From NCBI GenBank assembly GCA_001687465.1, contig LVLI01000566.1, forward strand, positions 1 through 61,073: a DNA stretch of 61,073 nucleotides. Reading direction: 5' to 3'. The notes under the pieces were generated by a model. That model saw only the letters and a program-made list of their open reading frames with translations, was not told where the DNA came from and ran no database searches. Numbering within the stretch: the first letter of the stretch is position 1; every line of letters begins with the position of its first letter. The stretch is from Halocafeteria seosinensis. Its lineage: Eukaryota. Positions 12,801-25,210 of the stretch are shown here, in pieces. The position numbers were made by a program, and so were the translations under genes.

Positions 12801-15800
12801 TGGATCGAAATCTTCCGGAACTTGTTGTGGTTCACCATTTTCATACTCAGCTTTGCGGCTGTTGTACATCTCCTGGTATGTGTCCTCAAGCATAGAATAT
12901 TTCTCCTGAGCATCGTCTCTTCCTGATCTTGTTTGAGCCCCCATTGGATATGCCAAATCTCGATAGATTGACGGATCCTCCAGGTTGATACTGTTACTTT
13001 CATAATCCTTCAAAACCCAAGGAAAAATGGGATACTGAGAAAGGTCATGATACGTTCTACCAGCTAACCGGTTGAGCCACATCAGATATTCAAAATTTGA
13101 TAGCTGCCCGTGAGTCCACTTGAGCTGCACAGCACTAACTGCCTTCTTTACGTCTTCGGCCAAAATCAACAAGCGCTGGGAGAGAGTTGAATAACTCATA
13201 CAAAGTTGGTTGACGAATGCTTCTCGAGCCTGTGGAAAAGGAAAGGCAAGCATCAGAGACCTCGATTCAGCATCGAAACCACGCTGATAAAATAACTCGA
13301 TTCCCACTGGCTGAAGCATATACATTCGCGCTTCGATAGAAACGATTTTGTCCAGAGAGATCGTGATATCACTCGCAGCCCCCAGTATGTTCTCCTTCAG
13401 TAGCCTGCGGTAAGACTCAACGGTTCCACTCGACAGGCTCGTCAACCGGTTACAGCCACTTTGCAAGTCATCCGCTTTCTTCCTTTTGCCCCAGTGATGT
13501 CGGCCCCAAGCAAATTGCTTGGCAGTGGAATACTCCTGAAGAGTTGTACGGCGAACAACTAAAGCTGTCTGACTGAGCTCCGCAACCATTGTCGTCGTTT
13601 GGAAGGGTCTCACTACCTCGCACATGTGAGAGAACTCCATTCTAGTACCTTCGAGGATCTGGCCAGAACGGTGGACTGCGCGATGTCTCGCTTCATTTAC
13701 ATCCTTTGATTGGCTCTCGTAGAGTCGGGAAGCCTTGGCATAGCAAAGTTTGCCAAAGTCGTTAGTGGCAATGGTAAGGCCACATCGATAAGTCGACACT
13801 CCAAAGAGATCACGATACAACCGGTCAATTGAGACGAGGGAGCTTTCTTGGGAGTGAACACTGACGGTCAATCCTGCTTTCCGTGCCACTCTTGGATACT
13901 CGCCAGTCAACAGATCATTTACTAGCAAGGGTGGGAAAGCGTCGTAGTCTCTGAATTCAGCTGCATAGGTGGTGTGTGAATGAGTTTCCTGATCTCTGAT
14001 GCTGGTATCTGAGCCTCTGGTAATCGAGTCGGACTCCCCCACCGCGAAATTCAATTCCACCAGTTGCTGATCTGCAGTTTCCTCTATTTCTTCCGCACCA
14101 CTTCCCTGCTCCTCTTTTACATCAATGTCAGTTTGTCTCTCACCATCGTTGCAGAGGAGATTCTCGGATGTCCCCTTCTCACTCCCCATTTTACCAGGAT
14201 CCGAGTACCTTCTTTGCTGCAGTAACAAATTCATGTTCCCCAGTACGACTGTAAATGACCAATCGTGCCATGTTTGGTCACGTAACTGTTTCAAGATCAA
14301 CTTGCAACCTCTCTTCCTTCCGGCAACATCGTACACTAGCATTCGGCTTTCACTTTGCACCTCCTCAACAGTGCGAAATACGCCAGAGGTTATCCCTTTG
14401 GAGAATGCAAACTGACGTGTTATGGGAAGAGACAGTTCAGTTCCACGACAGCACAGATAAGTGAACGGGTCAGGAAATTCGCAACGCTTGCAGATTTCAG
14501 TACCACTGCTAGTCATATCAAAACAGCTACTCACAGAGCCGACATAAAAGTATGACCCAGCGTACTTCGAGAGTATCTTTTCGAGTCCATCCCGCTTCGT
14601 CAGGAGCCTTTCGTACGAGAAGCTAGGTGTTTCCGAATATAAACAGGAATTGAAGTCCCTCTTCAAGTTTACCAACTCGGTCGACGAAAGACCATGGCAG
14701 TGTTCAGCATAGCTGAGAAGGTTCTGAAATTCCCGTAGCATTTGTCCCCGGACAGCTCCAGGTTGAACAAGGTGGTGAATGACATTGTCTAAACTCGTTA
14801 ATATCCAGTGCTCACCTAGTTTGCGCGACACGTATGCACCACAATGAAGCATAAGAAACGTAGCGGTAGAATATACCCCTACAGAAACATCCTGGGTATC
14901 CCGAACTGATCGAATCGCCGTCACCGTTTCGTTGACATCTTTCTCCAGAACAGAGGATTTATCGCCTGCCAAGCTGGAGGAGCAGGAAGCAAGGAACCGA
15001 CAACCTATTGTTAATGTCAAACGGGGGAGATTTCGCAAGCTGGAGACAGTGACAGCAGTTGCCGTTCGTAGCCAACAGAGGGCACTTCGGGTGACGTTGC
15101 CCTGGACAATTGGCCATTCGCGCTCGTGGTCTCCCCTCGGGTGACTCTTGGTGAGTTCCCCAAACGGTCCCCATAACAGTGACCATAGCAATTCCGCTTT
15201 CATTGTGATCGTAGACGGTGAATCGGACTCATGATACTTTCGAGTCGCTACTAGCTCCGAGAAACCCCGCAGAATGGTATCACAGTTGCCAGGCAGCTTC
15301 ACTCCGCAATTTAAACACTCAGATACACTCAGTTCCACATCCCCCTTGATAAGGTGAAGGAACACCGTACGTAAAAGAGATCGATAAGCAGGATCTCTTA
15401 TCTGTCTCAGGACGTTATTAATCAATGGCAATACTCTATCCATCGGAACGTCTCGCGTGTGGACCCATGTCATCTGGTGCTCTTGCGACAGGAGCATAAT
15501 ACGTATCACTAGCAACATCAAAGGTAAAATAACTTGCAGGTCAAATTTTGCGGAACGGGAGATTGTGACTTCTAAAAGTGCTAGAAATTCGTTTAACGTA
15601 GACCTAGCGGGAAATGCTGGACGCTGTCCTACCTCAACCGCACCAAGTCTCCCAGACTCACTGCAAGTTCGCCTACGTCCGACACTTTGTCCCGCAACAT
15701 TTTCCCCAGTAACCGCATAAGGCTTCTTCTTTGGTGTTGCTATCACGCTAGTCTTAGCATGCATCGCTCCTGTCTTGTGGTTGGCCGTACTTCCATGAGA

Positions 15801-18800
15801 AAAGCCGTCCAACATGACGTCCCGTGAGATAGACTGTCTTCCCGAACCACTGCTCGCTCGAAGGCGGGTGCCCTGAGATTCCCTAGCTGAGGATACAGAT
15901 CGCCGATGAGTGTACTTAGCAGTAGGTAAACCCGTGTTGCTGCGCTTATTGCGGGAAGTTGTATTCGAGATAGAATTAGCGGCAGAATTTACGGACATAG
16001 GTTTCAACGATCGACGATCCGCTCGGCAAACCATCTGTTCCCTTAACCACTGTGCATATTCCCGGCAGCCCATGCTACACAATAGAATACAGCTACTACA
16101 GCACAGAATCTCACGGGAAATCGTTAATGGAACTTTGGACGAATTCATCAAGGAAGCCACATGGAGCTTTAACGAACGTAACAAAACATCCAATATGGTT
16201 GAAATTAGTTTGAACAGTTTTTCCATTGTACCTGCAGTCTGCTCCGAAGACAGTGCTAATGCTATCAGGTAAGAAACATCGCGAATATAGTCCATTGTAC
16301 CAATGCTTTTTGCGTGCCCAAGCTCCACTGATTTAAACAAATGGCTCACCAAGTCCGGTGTCAGGAGGTCCACAAACCATGGAGCGTTTTGTTTTGTGCA
16401 CAATTGTAAAAGATTAGCCATTATCAAGTTTTTGACATCCGGAGGATATCGCAGAAATCTCTTGTAGCTTCCCATCGCTGCCTCAATGAGGCTCCGATAG
16501 AACGGTTTAATTCCCTCAACACTCTGTTTACGCAATAAACTAAAAATATCCCGACAAAGTCTTCCATCATCATTAGTCACCATCTCCCGAAGCATGAAGA
16601 AGCCTTTGGAATAGACCGCATCGTATGACGATCTCCGATACATCTCATTCCGCAAGGGTTCCCATATCCTCTCTTCGAGAATGCTGTACGAATCACCAGA
16701 CCCGTTGGCATGGATTAGCTCTAGCATGCGCGTGACGTCCATGCTACGAACAGTCTCCCGGCTTGCAGCAGTCAAGACAAACATTCCAGTAGAAGACAAA
16801 GACGAAGTACGGGTCCCAGGGTCCTGATTAGACGGGTAGGCATTCACCAGTAATAACGATTCATCTTTATCCCTATTGGTAACATCGTGGTGGCTATAGT
16901 CCCCGCCGTCCATCATCAAGCACCGAAGTAAACCATCTGAAGACAACAACCCATGGCTCTGTAAGCAGTGTTCATTTGGCTCAGCAAGTAACAGCGAACT
17001 ACACAGCGACGCTTGACGTAGTGCCCCGTAGAAAGAGTCTCTAGGATACCCAACACGTTGTTCCTCGCCGAGTGACTCCAAAGATAAATCCAAGTCACCA
17101 AAAAGCAGTGTCCTCTCCAGAAGCCAATCCCCATGCGAGAAAGGCTGAGACTGGGAGCAGCGGGTCCTTCCCAAGCTGCAATGTAGTTTCTGCTGTACTT
17201 CTTTATCAGAAACAGCAAATGAATGGTTGATGTAGCTGTTGCTGTTTACCCAGCAGTACACACTTATTCCTTGACCATCTCGTTTTTTGGACCGCTTATC
17301 TCCGCCCAGGTTGTGGACCAAGTATATCTTAACATGATTCCAACGGCCAGGAAGCATGCTACCTTTCAACACTCCCTTACTCTCCCCCTGACGTTTTTCT
17401 CCCACGTGATACATGAGTACTACTTCGTTGGACAAGTCCACAGTATTCCGTTGCAAAACTAGCTCTACACGAAATGACCAACTAGCCTGTGAGATCGTCG
17501 CCACGGAGACGGAGCAAATCTTACGGTCAAGGAACAAAAACGCTTCCGGTATGCGCATCTTGAATGAGAGGCCGAGTTTGTCGAAGCTGGCGGTATCGAC
17601 GACGTTATCACAAAGCAAACAAGGGGATGTACCCACACGAGTCAGCATACCAACGGAGGTGGGCTCACTTCTGTTGCTTTCCGTGAAAATCACAGGCTTA
17701 GAGTCTATCAGCGCCAGAGCCGATCCCGTACGTCCCGTACTCTCGTAAAACTGTCTCACACAGTTCCAGAAACAATTCCTTTCGTTATATCTCGGAAAGC
17801 AGGAAGCATGCTCAAACAGAAGTGTTAAGAGCTCATCCGCCGCGGAACGCAATGTTGTATATCCAGAAGCGCTATCGGTTGCGTGTTGTCTCGAGACAGC
17901 ACTGCAGAACAAGCCGGTCAAGGTATACACTGTCCTTTTCGATACATGTATTAATTTGAAAGCATTATGAAATGCAAACACATTGCTCTTACTCCCGAAA
18001 AGCAGTAGTTTCAGTTCTGATAAGAATTCAGCAAGTAGGGAATCAAAACCATCCGGCCCGCTGCCAGAGAATGCCAGCCTAGAAATCAGAACCATCAGTA
18101 GGTCTATAACGTCGACGTCCCGCAGGAAGTTGTGTCCAACGTATGCTTTGTCGAACGCTAAGTTTAGCATTAGTTTCAAATCTAGGTGTTGTAGAACACT
18201 TTCTACTAGGGACGCAGCTGAGTGCAATCGCTCCATTTCGACGCACAGAGAAGATAACTGGCCCTTAAATGCCTGTGTAATGTCCGCATTCAGACGATTG
18301 CGAGATATTGATTCTGAAGAACTAAATAGATTGAAGATAGTGAGGGCACTGCTGAAGGCGTTTCCAGCACTCAAGAAAAACGTGTCCAAGGCATTGACTT
18401 CCCCACTTGCTGACAGCGCCATAGAGAGAGAAGAAAGCAAATTATCCAGGAAACGAGACGTTTCTCTCCTGAGCGTATCCAACTTTTCGTCGCTAGCAAA
18501 CGCATGTGTTGCCGGTGTAGTCTCAAAACATTTACTAAATAATTTTAGCTCCTCAAAAACGGATACAAACTGATGAAACACAGACAACTCTTTCTTTCCC
18601 TTCTTAAAGTACAACGAAAGCAAGTCAGCAGATAAAGATAGCTTCGCCACGGCCACTTCAACCACGAAATACGGATCCACCTTGCATGCATTTTGCAATA
18701 AGGTAGAAAGCAACTCAAAACCGTTATCCTGTGTTCGCGTGACATACTGTAGTGACTGCCCTGCGTTCCCAAGCACATTAAATTTTCGTAGAAGCTCCAA

Positions 18801-21800
18801 TACCCCAGATGAGTCATAGAGACTTTCCAGTGCAACCATCAGCACACCGCGGTTGCGAGGGGGCTCATAATACAGCATCCACGCATCTGAAGAAGAAACA
18901 GCATCCTCGGAGGAAAAGAGACCGGCGTCACCAACCTTACCACTTTTTAGCGGTATCAACATGGAAGAATGCAGCTTCCATGATAAAATTTGTTTAGCCC
19001 TAATCAAGGATTTTAGCTCGTAAGACAACCATTTTTCGAGTCGGGCGTGAGAGAGATTATAAGAAACGTAGCGTGACATTGCTACGTAAGTGGAGACGAA
19101 CTTTGTAAGGCTTTTAAACGAAGCATATTCCTTTTCTTCTGGATAGCGCTGATATGAATTGTCTGTTCTGTATGTGGAGCCCAAATGCGATGCCTCACTG
19201 CTTCCGAACATGTTCCGTGGAAGATCATTTGCATTCAGTAATCCGACGAGGGTACGGTGAAAATCGGAGGAGAAAGTAGGCCTATCTCCACCTCCAGCAC
19301 TTACTTCTGCCCGCGGAGCAAAGTAATCGAAGTCGATGAATGCAGGGACTCCGAGAAGTCTAACGAAGCAACATCGTGAAGCTTCTCCGGGTGGCGGGAA
19401 GAGCTTTCTTAGCATGTCCTGCGAGACGCCATTCCACCTAAGATCAGCTTGCTTAGCATCAGCAAGACATAAATAGGGGAGCCATGAACCACTCTCTGAA
19501 GCAGACTGGTCGTTTCGCAGAGATCCCCGAAATGAAGCAATACAGTGTTCCAATCCCCTTATAGAGCACTGCAGCTGGGTTACCTTTGGCGATAAAAGAT
19601 ATAGAACGAGATGCGTTAGCTCTAACCACCAATCTTCCTCATACATCAACATGTCAAGCAATTGCAAAAACGAGGTGAGACACTCAGGGAACATTTCCAC
19701 GCTTTCCGCGTGGGAGCAAACCGTCAGCAGCACGCGAAGCAGCATATTAGATAGAATGGGGGCTCGGTCTCTATGCAAACTGACATGAGTCAATCCATTC
19801 ACAGGTAGTTCCCCGAAAAGTTGCGAGCATGATACAGTATACTGTTTGATCGCATCAAAACTCCTTTCCAAAAACCTCTCAATACGGGTGATGGATGCTT
19901 TTGTTTGTACAAAGTACCCACTGAAAATAAACGAGGCCATCACCGTTGGGGCCAAATGTCTATCATGGATGTCCCTTATGCAGGCAGCACTTATAACATA
20001 CTCGGTTCGAGTGTCACCAAGGATTTTGGAGAGAACATCAAAGAGCGGCTCCCAGTGACCGTGCTCTACGCAAGTGAGCGGAGTCAAAGCCGACGCGTTG
20101 CACAAGTGATGCAATATGCTAAGATAGCAGATAAGCGCAAGCTCCTCGTTACCAACAGCGATTTCAATCGATTCCATCGATCTGTAGCATCCTATAATCT
20201 TTCCCACAACCTCATATACTGTTTCGTTCAAGACTTTTATGCCGTTAAAAGAAGAGCTGCACCCGGCCAAGGGCTCGACTACCGTTGACACGGCCATTTG
20301 AAGTACAATACCTCTAATGGTATCAACATCAGCCACTTGTTCTGCAGCGTTAGGAATCAAGCATGCTGCCAGCCTGCAGAACGATCCGTGTGAATCTCGG
20401 CAAGTATCAAATATAGACGTTACTCCATCGAATCCCTGCTGCAGGATTTTATCGATTAGGCGTATCTTCCAACCGCTTGTGGAGCATTCCACTATAACCG
20501 AATTATAAGCCGGATTTTTCCGAAAAAGCATGCTGGCGATTCCACCACAAAGCTTTAGATTTGCCAGCAACATACCGATGCATGGAACAAGTGAAGACAG
20601 ACATCGAGGATTGATTGTTTGCACAATGTCGCAAAGATATAGCTTAAACGTTCGGCAAGCATCATACAAGATGTCAGAGCGGAACCCCTCGGCGATGGAC
20701 CCCAGAGCAGGATCTTCACCAGTGTCCCCTCCCGCACAGTCCAGCTGATCTGTCAGCCTCGTCAGGATGTCCAAGTGGCTCAAGCAAAATGCTTGCGTAA
20801 GGAAGAGCAACGAATATACATTCGGATCAACGCAGTCTGCACGCTCCACTTCTTGTAGATACATGTCTCCACATACACAAAATACATCCAAAAGCACTTG
20901 AAGCATTCTAGGGTTCGAAGCAAAGCCTATCAGGGTCGGATAATCATGACCAGACCAATCGACTCTAAGTTGGATACTACGGGAATCAGCGAACTGTTCA
21001 CGTGCAGGTATCCGATCGCAATCGCGAACGGTGCCACCTACGACTGCTGATAGAAAGAAGTCACTTTCAGGAATACCAGTATCTCCTTGGTCCGGCTTCT
21101 CTAAGCGTTTTTTCATTTGTTCACGATACAATGACGCTTGCCATTGACCTATTACCCTATCTTCTGCCTCGTTCAAGAAGGAACATTCGGAAGGATGTTG
21201 AGTGACGCACTGGAAAATACTCGTGGGCGCACCGACGAGAATACTTCCCAAGAGTAGAAACTTTAAGATTGCGAGCTCCAAATTCCTGACAATAACAGCG
21301 TTACGGCATCGTTCTGCGTTCATTTCGTCGCGGAGCCACTGTGGCAGCACCTTGAGGAAACTCAGCAGATGGTGTAAAAGCAACTTGCTACTGAGGATTT
21401 CACGATTGCGTCTCTCCGTACACAGAGCAATTAAACATTCTTGCAAACTACGCATGCAGCTAAACCAATCTTCACAACCCGGCCTGGACGTAGACGTCCT
21501 CGGCAATTCAAATTCGAGCAGATTGCTTTCGGGACCCAACGGCCTTTCATCGGGACGGTGTCCCAAAACCCGTAAAGACTGGACGTAAAACATCAAGAAC
21601 TAATGATTTTATTGTTAGTGCAGCAACAAACCGTTTCCTTGGTAACTTACCAGTAACAACGCCTCCACAGTTGAGTCTGAAAGTACGGGCAAGACTTGCG
21701 TACTCGTTTCAGATGCTTGATCTTGAATCGCCTCACAAAGCGCGGAAATCTGCATAACCATAGCCGTAAAAGAGAAACATTCACAACAGTTTTCGAACTA

Positions 21801-21969
21801 AATTAACCATGAATCGCCGATCCACAAATTCACATACGGTCTCATAAGTTGCTGCACTGCCTCTCTCCTTATTCTGCCACAAACTCTGCGCCAGCGAAAC
21901 GACGCGGGCGTTCTCGGGAATCTCACCTCCACTAGCAGCGGGAGCTGCTGGAGTGGACGTACTGTCCAT
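9891..21969 (-). CDS. BEACH-domain protein (PH-BEACH-WD40; LYST/neurobeachin superfamily), ~3979 aa
   Basis: Exons 21838-21969, 21651-21749, 9891-21599, all in frame with GT-AG introns. BEACH motifs SNFEYLMWLNRLAGRTYHDLSQYPIFPWVL, DVKELPPEFFY, LHLWIDLIFG. WD40 IVATGSLDGTIKVW. Confidence 0.93.
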
Positions 21970-22636
21970 GGCCTCACTGCAGAGCCGTGTAATACAGCAA
22001 TATGTGGGCAATTTAGTCTCTGCACAGAGATTCCATAAGAACGTACCGACTCCCTCCTTGGTGTGGGTCTTCAGTGCTCATGTTCGGAGACCATGGGAGG
22101 CATGCGATAGGGCATCCACGGCTTCAACGAAGCAAACCTGCTGAAATGGTAGAATAAGAGCCATATAGTTGACTATATTGGCGTGAGTTCCTCGCTGTTT
22201 CCACTTGTCCAAGCAAGTTCTCTTTCCCCTCTCTGAGCGTCGTATAGTCTCCTTTTCACCACCGCCATCAAGCTCATCTCGATCCCATCCACACGTACTA
22301 GGATATGAAACCCAGGTAAATGTTAACACTGCCCTTTCTAACGCGTATACGTCGAAAAAGACTCTCGGATCCTCCCCACAAAGAGCTGACGGAAAGATTG
22401 ACATCTTGAAGTTAGTCCTTAATTCAAGGAACGCAAGCTTGGGACGGGGGAGGAATTAGCCCCCAGTGGCTAGTTGAAGGATACGAAGAGAATTGCCACG
22501 AAGATGAATTTTAGTTGCCAAGGTTTGGAGCTTTGGGTGGTGAACGAGCGGGTCTAACGCCGCATCCCAGCCACTGAGTGAAGTAGCAACGGATCACATA
22601 CACAACATTGGAGATTAATTAGCACTGAAACGCATC

Positions 22637-23758
22637 ATGGGACACGTATGTTCCTGGAGCGTATACTTTGGCATACTGTTGCTCACGTATCTTGGAGTTA
22701 CACGGGCATGGGCAGACGAGAATCGGGATGAAGACGGCTCCCTAGTGCCTCATGAAGAGACAGACGACTTTATGGAAGCGTTCAGGCACCCTTCCATGCA
22801 ACATGTAGACCCCTTCAGTTACAAAAAGTTTATAAATGGAAGCAAAACATACGTCGGCATCTTCTACAGTCCAAAACTACCGCATTGGGAAACATGGAAA
22901 CCTCTAGTATACAAGTTAGCCGAATTCTACGATGACTACCCCAATGTCAAACTAGCTCTTGGGAATTGTCACAAATACAGGAGATTCATGACTGATTTTA
23001 GTTTCAGGGCGCTTCCTAGTATTCATATGTTCATTGAAAATGTTAGAGGTGCATATCCCCTGGAGATCAAGTACAATCCCAACGATACCGCTCTTGACTA
23101 CATAAAGCACATTGAGCGTCTAAGAATCAAGGGAGCAAACCCGTTTGACGATACCAGGGGCATTCTTCAGAAGACCGCACTCGCGGTGGTCCAGCAGGAA
23201 AATGCCAGGATAAAGGAACTGCTTGAGAAACGGGAGTGGAAACGCCAAAACTCTTCTACCAATGCTACGGCAGAAGCTGAAGGCAATAGCACAGAAACGG
23301 AAGTCAAGGAAGACGGCAATAGTACGCAAAGTGGATCCATTAGTGATACAGAAAGCGGGTTAAACCAACAAAATGTCAATGCAAGTTCTACGGAGTCCAA
23401 TGCATCCTTCGTTCCAAGCGCAAATGTCACACTGCTACAGATAGAGTCCAATAGGACATGGGAAAATGTGCTTATCACCGCCGACCTGCTGATTGAGGAT
23501 TTAAAAGTACGCTTGGATAGAGCGAAATTCATTCGAGACACTCTACTCCCCGGAATGAGAAACGAAGGCTACGGGTTCGCGGCAGAGCAACTCAATTACA
23601 GGTTGTCCGCTCTCTTTGGAGCGACAGTGAAACAATTTGTGGACGAAAGCAAAAGAGACAATCTGCTCATGGAAATCTCAACATTACAGCCTCTTGTAGA
23701 GGAATTCATTAGAGCATCATACGCCGACGCAGCCAGCAAGAATCCTGGTCCTAGTTAA
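22637..23758 (+). CDS. Secretory thioredoxin-fold protein without CxxC, with ERp29-like helical C-terminal domain
   Basis: Signal peptide to TRAWA. Trx-like FYSPKLPHWETWKPL...ALGNC...ALPSIHMF. C-terminal GYGFAAEQLNYRLSAL...SKRDNLLMEISTL resembles ERp29c. Intronless, 373 aa. Confidence 0.65.
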   Translation: MGHVCSWSVYFGILLLTYLGVTRAWADENRDEDGSLVPHEETDDFMEAFRHPSMQHVDPFSYKKFINGSKTYVGIFYSPKLPHWETWKPLVYKLAEFYDDYPNVKLALGNCHKYRRFMTDFSFRALPSIHMFIENVRGAYPLEIKYNPNDTALDYIKHIERLRIKGANPFDDTRGILQKTALAVVQQENARIKELLEKREWKRQNSSTNATAEAEGNSTETEVKEDGNSTQSGSISDTESGLNQQNVNASSTESNASFVPSANVTLLQIESNRTWENVLITADLLIEDLKVRLDRAKFIRDTLLPGMRNEGYGFAAEQLNYRLSALFGATVKQFVDESKRDNLLMEISTLQPLVEEFIRASYADAASKNPGPS

Positions 23759-23774
23759 TAGCACGGAAATGGCC

Positions 23775-24335
23775 CTACCATTTTATCCCGAAAAGAGTAC
23801 CTTTCTTCTTCTTTGTTCCTTCTAGACCCGCAATCACCTTGTCACCTTGTTCAGCAGGATCTTCTTCTTTTTGCTTGTTGGCTGAGGCCGGCTGCTGCAC
23901 CAAACGATCTGGCCCGAACCCTAAAGAGTTGAGATCCTCCTCCGTCATCAGGCCTCTGCGGAGACGTTCAACAAAGTTCATTACTGTTTAAATCCACAGT
24001 CAAACAGCAACACCGTAGCGTACTTATCCATCCTACACTGCAAATATTCACGAGACTGTTCGGCGCATTTGTAATGCTTCCATTGATTCCGTTTCATGCA
24101 TTGCATAAAGTCCTGCAGAGCCCTACGGTATTCATCAACATTTTACCAGGCTCATCCAACACAACGTCCGTCGAACGCACCTCTTTATAGTCTTTGCAGG
24201 CTCCTTCGTGGTCTAGAGGAAAGGATCCTCTCGCTGCATCCAATAGTCGGTCTTCCGTGTAGAGAGTACCGGCATCATCCACGTCATTGACGTACCTGGA
24301 GCCGTAGGCGCAGGAGCTCTATGTGCGCTACTCAT
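23775..24335 (-). CDS. COX19: Cytochrome c oxidase assembly protein COX19 (twin CX9C), 120 aa
   Basis: Exons 24296-24335, 24181-24233, 24024-24112, 23775-23955 give ...[24 protein letters not shown]...KCAEQSREYLQCRMDKGLM...LGF. Confidence 0.93.
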
Positions 24336-25004
24336 TGTCCTCTCCGTTTAATAAGTCAGGTGACCTGCCATCCTTGCCACAAGCATAAGCATCCCCGAGG
24401 TATGACAATTCTACATACATGGGAATCTATTGGAGTGCAGTAACTCGAGCCAACAACCATCTAATGTGAACTGCTTTGAAAGGACACGGTAGCAGTCAAA
24501 TGATCCATTGGCTTTCTTCGAACAACGCGCCCTAGAACGGGTGTCAACTTACAGCCTAGTAGCTAGTAGTAACCTTTGTCGATGGCATGATCACCAAAGT
24601 ATAATTTAAGTGGCGTTACGAACGGGGAAGTTGGTATCGCAATATGTCGGGAAACCTGAGCAGCGAAGACTTCACTTCACTTGGCACACGGCGGATGATC
24701 TACGGCTGGAATTTGGGGTTGTAGGATTCGAGAAGCACATGCAGGACTTTAGGAGCAGAGCAGAAGCAACAACACCAGCAACGGGACTCAATGATGAAGC
24801 AATCGCAGAAGAACAAGGCCCGGTGGCGAATAGCGAGTCCACTGTATATTGACGGAATCATACACGAAGTACCATGGAATGATATATTGAAGATTAAAGG
24901 TGCGCCACTTGTGCCAACCCTAAAATTGGCCTATGCTGTGCCAACCCTGGCATGCCACCGCCCCAGTGCCACTTGGCACGTCACGCACGTCCTAACCGTG
25001 AACA

Positions 25005-25210
25005 CCAAGGTTCCCCCGACAACGACGAAAAAGGTGGTTCAGGACCTTCATGTGGTTCCTGGCGGAGGTCCTCTACCAGGAAACAATACATCCATGGATT
25101 CTCTGAGTGATCGGTTGCTCAAATGGTTGAACGATTACATCCAACGCAAGGAATGGAAGGATGCGGTCAACTTCCCGGCCTGTGGGCTATCTGTCACATT
25201 TGTGTGTGTG
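25005..25210 (+). mobile_element. 3' end remnant of a non-LTR retrotransposon (RTE-like) with (TG)n tail
   Basis: Last 42 bp match the TSD-flanked insert at 1167-1208. Upstream frame reads PPTTTKKVVQDL...W...RKEWKDAV, resembling RTE ORF C-termini. 5' limit approximate. Confidence 0.45.
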
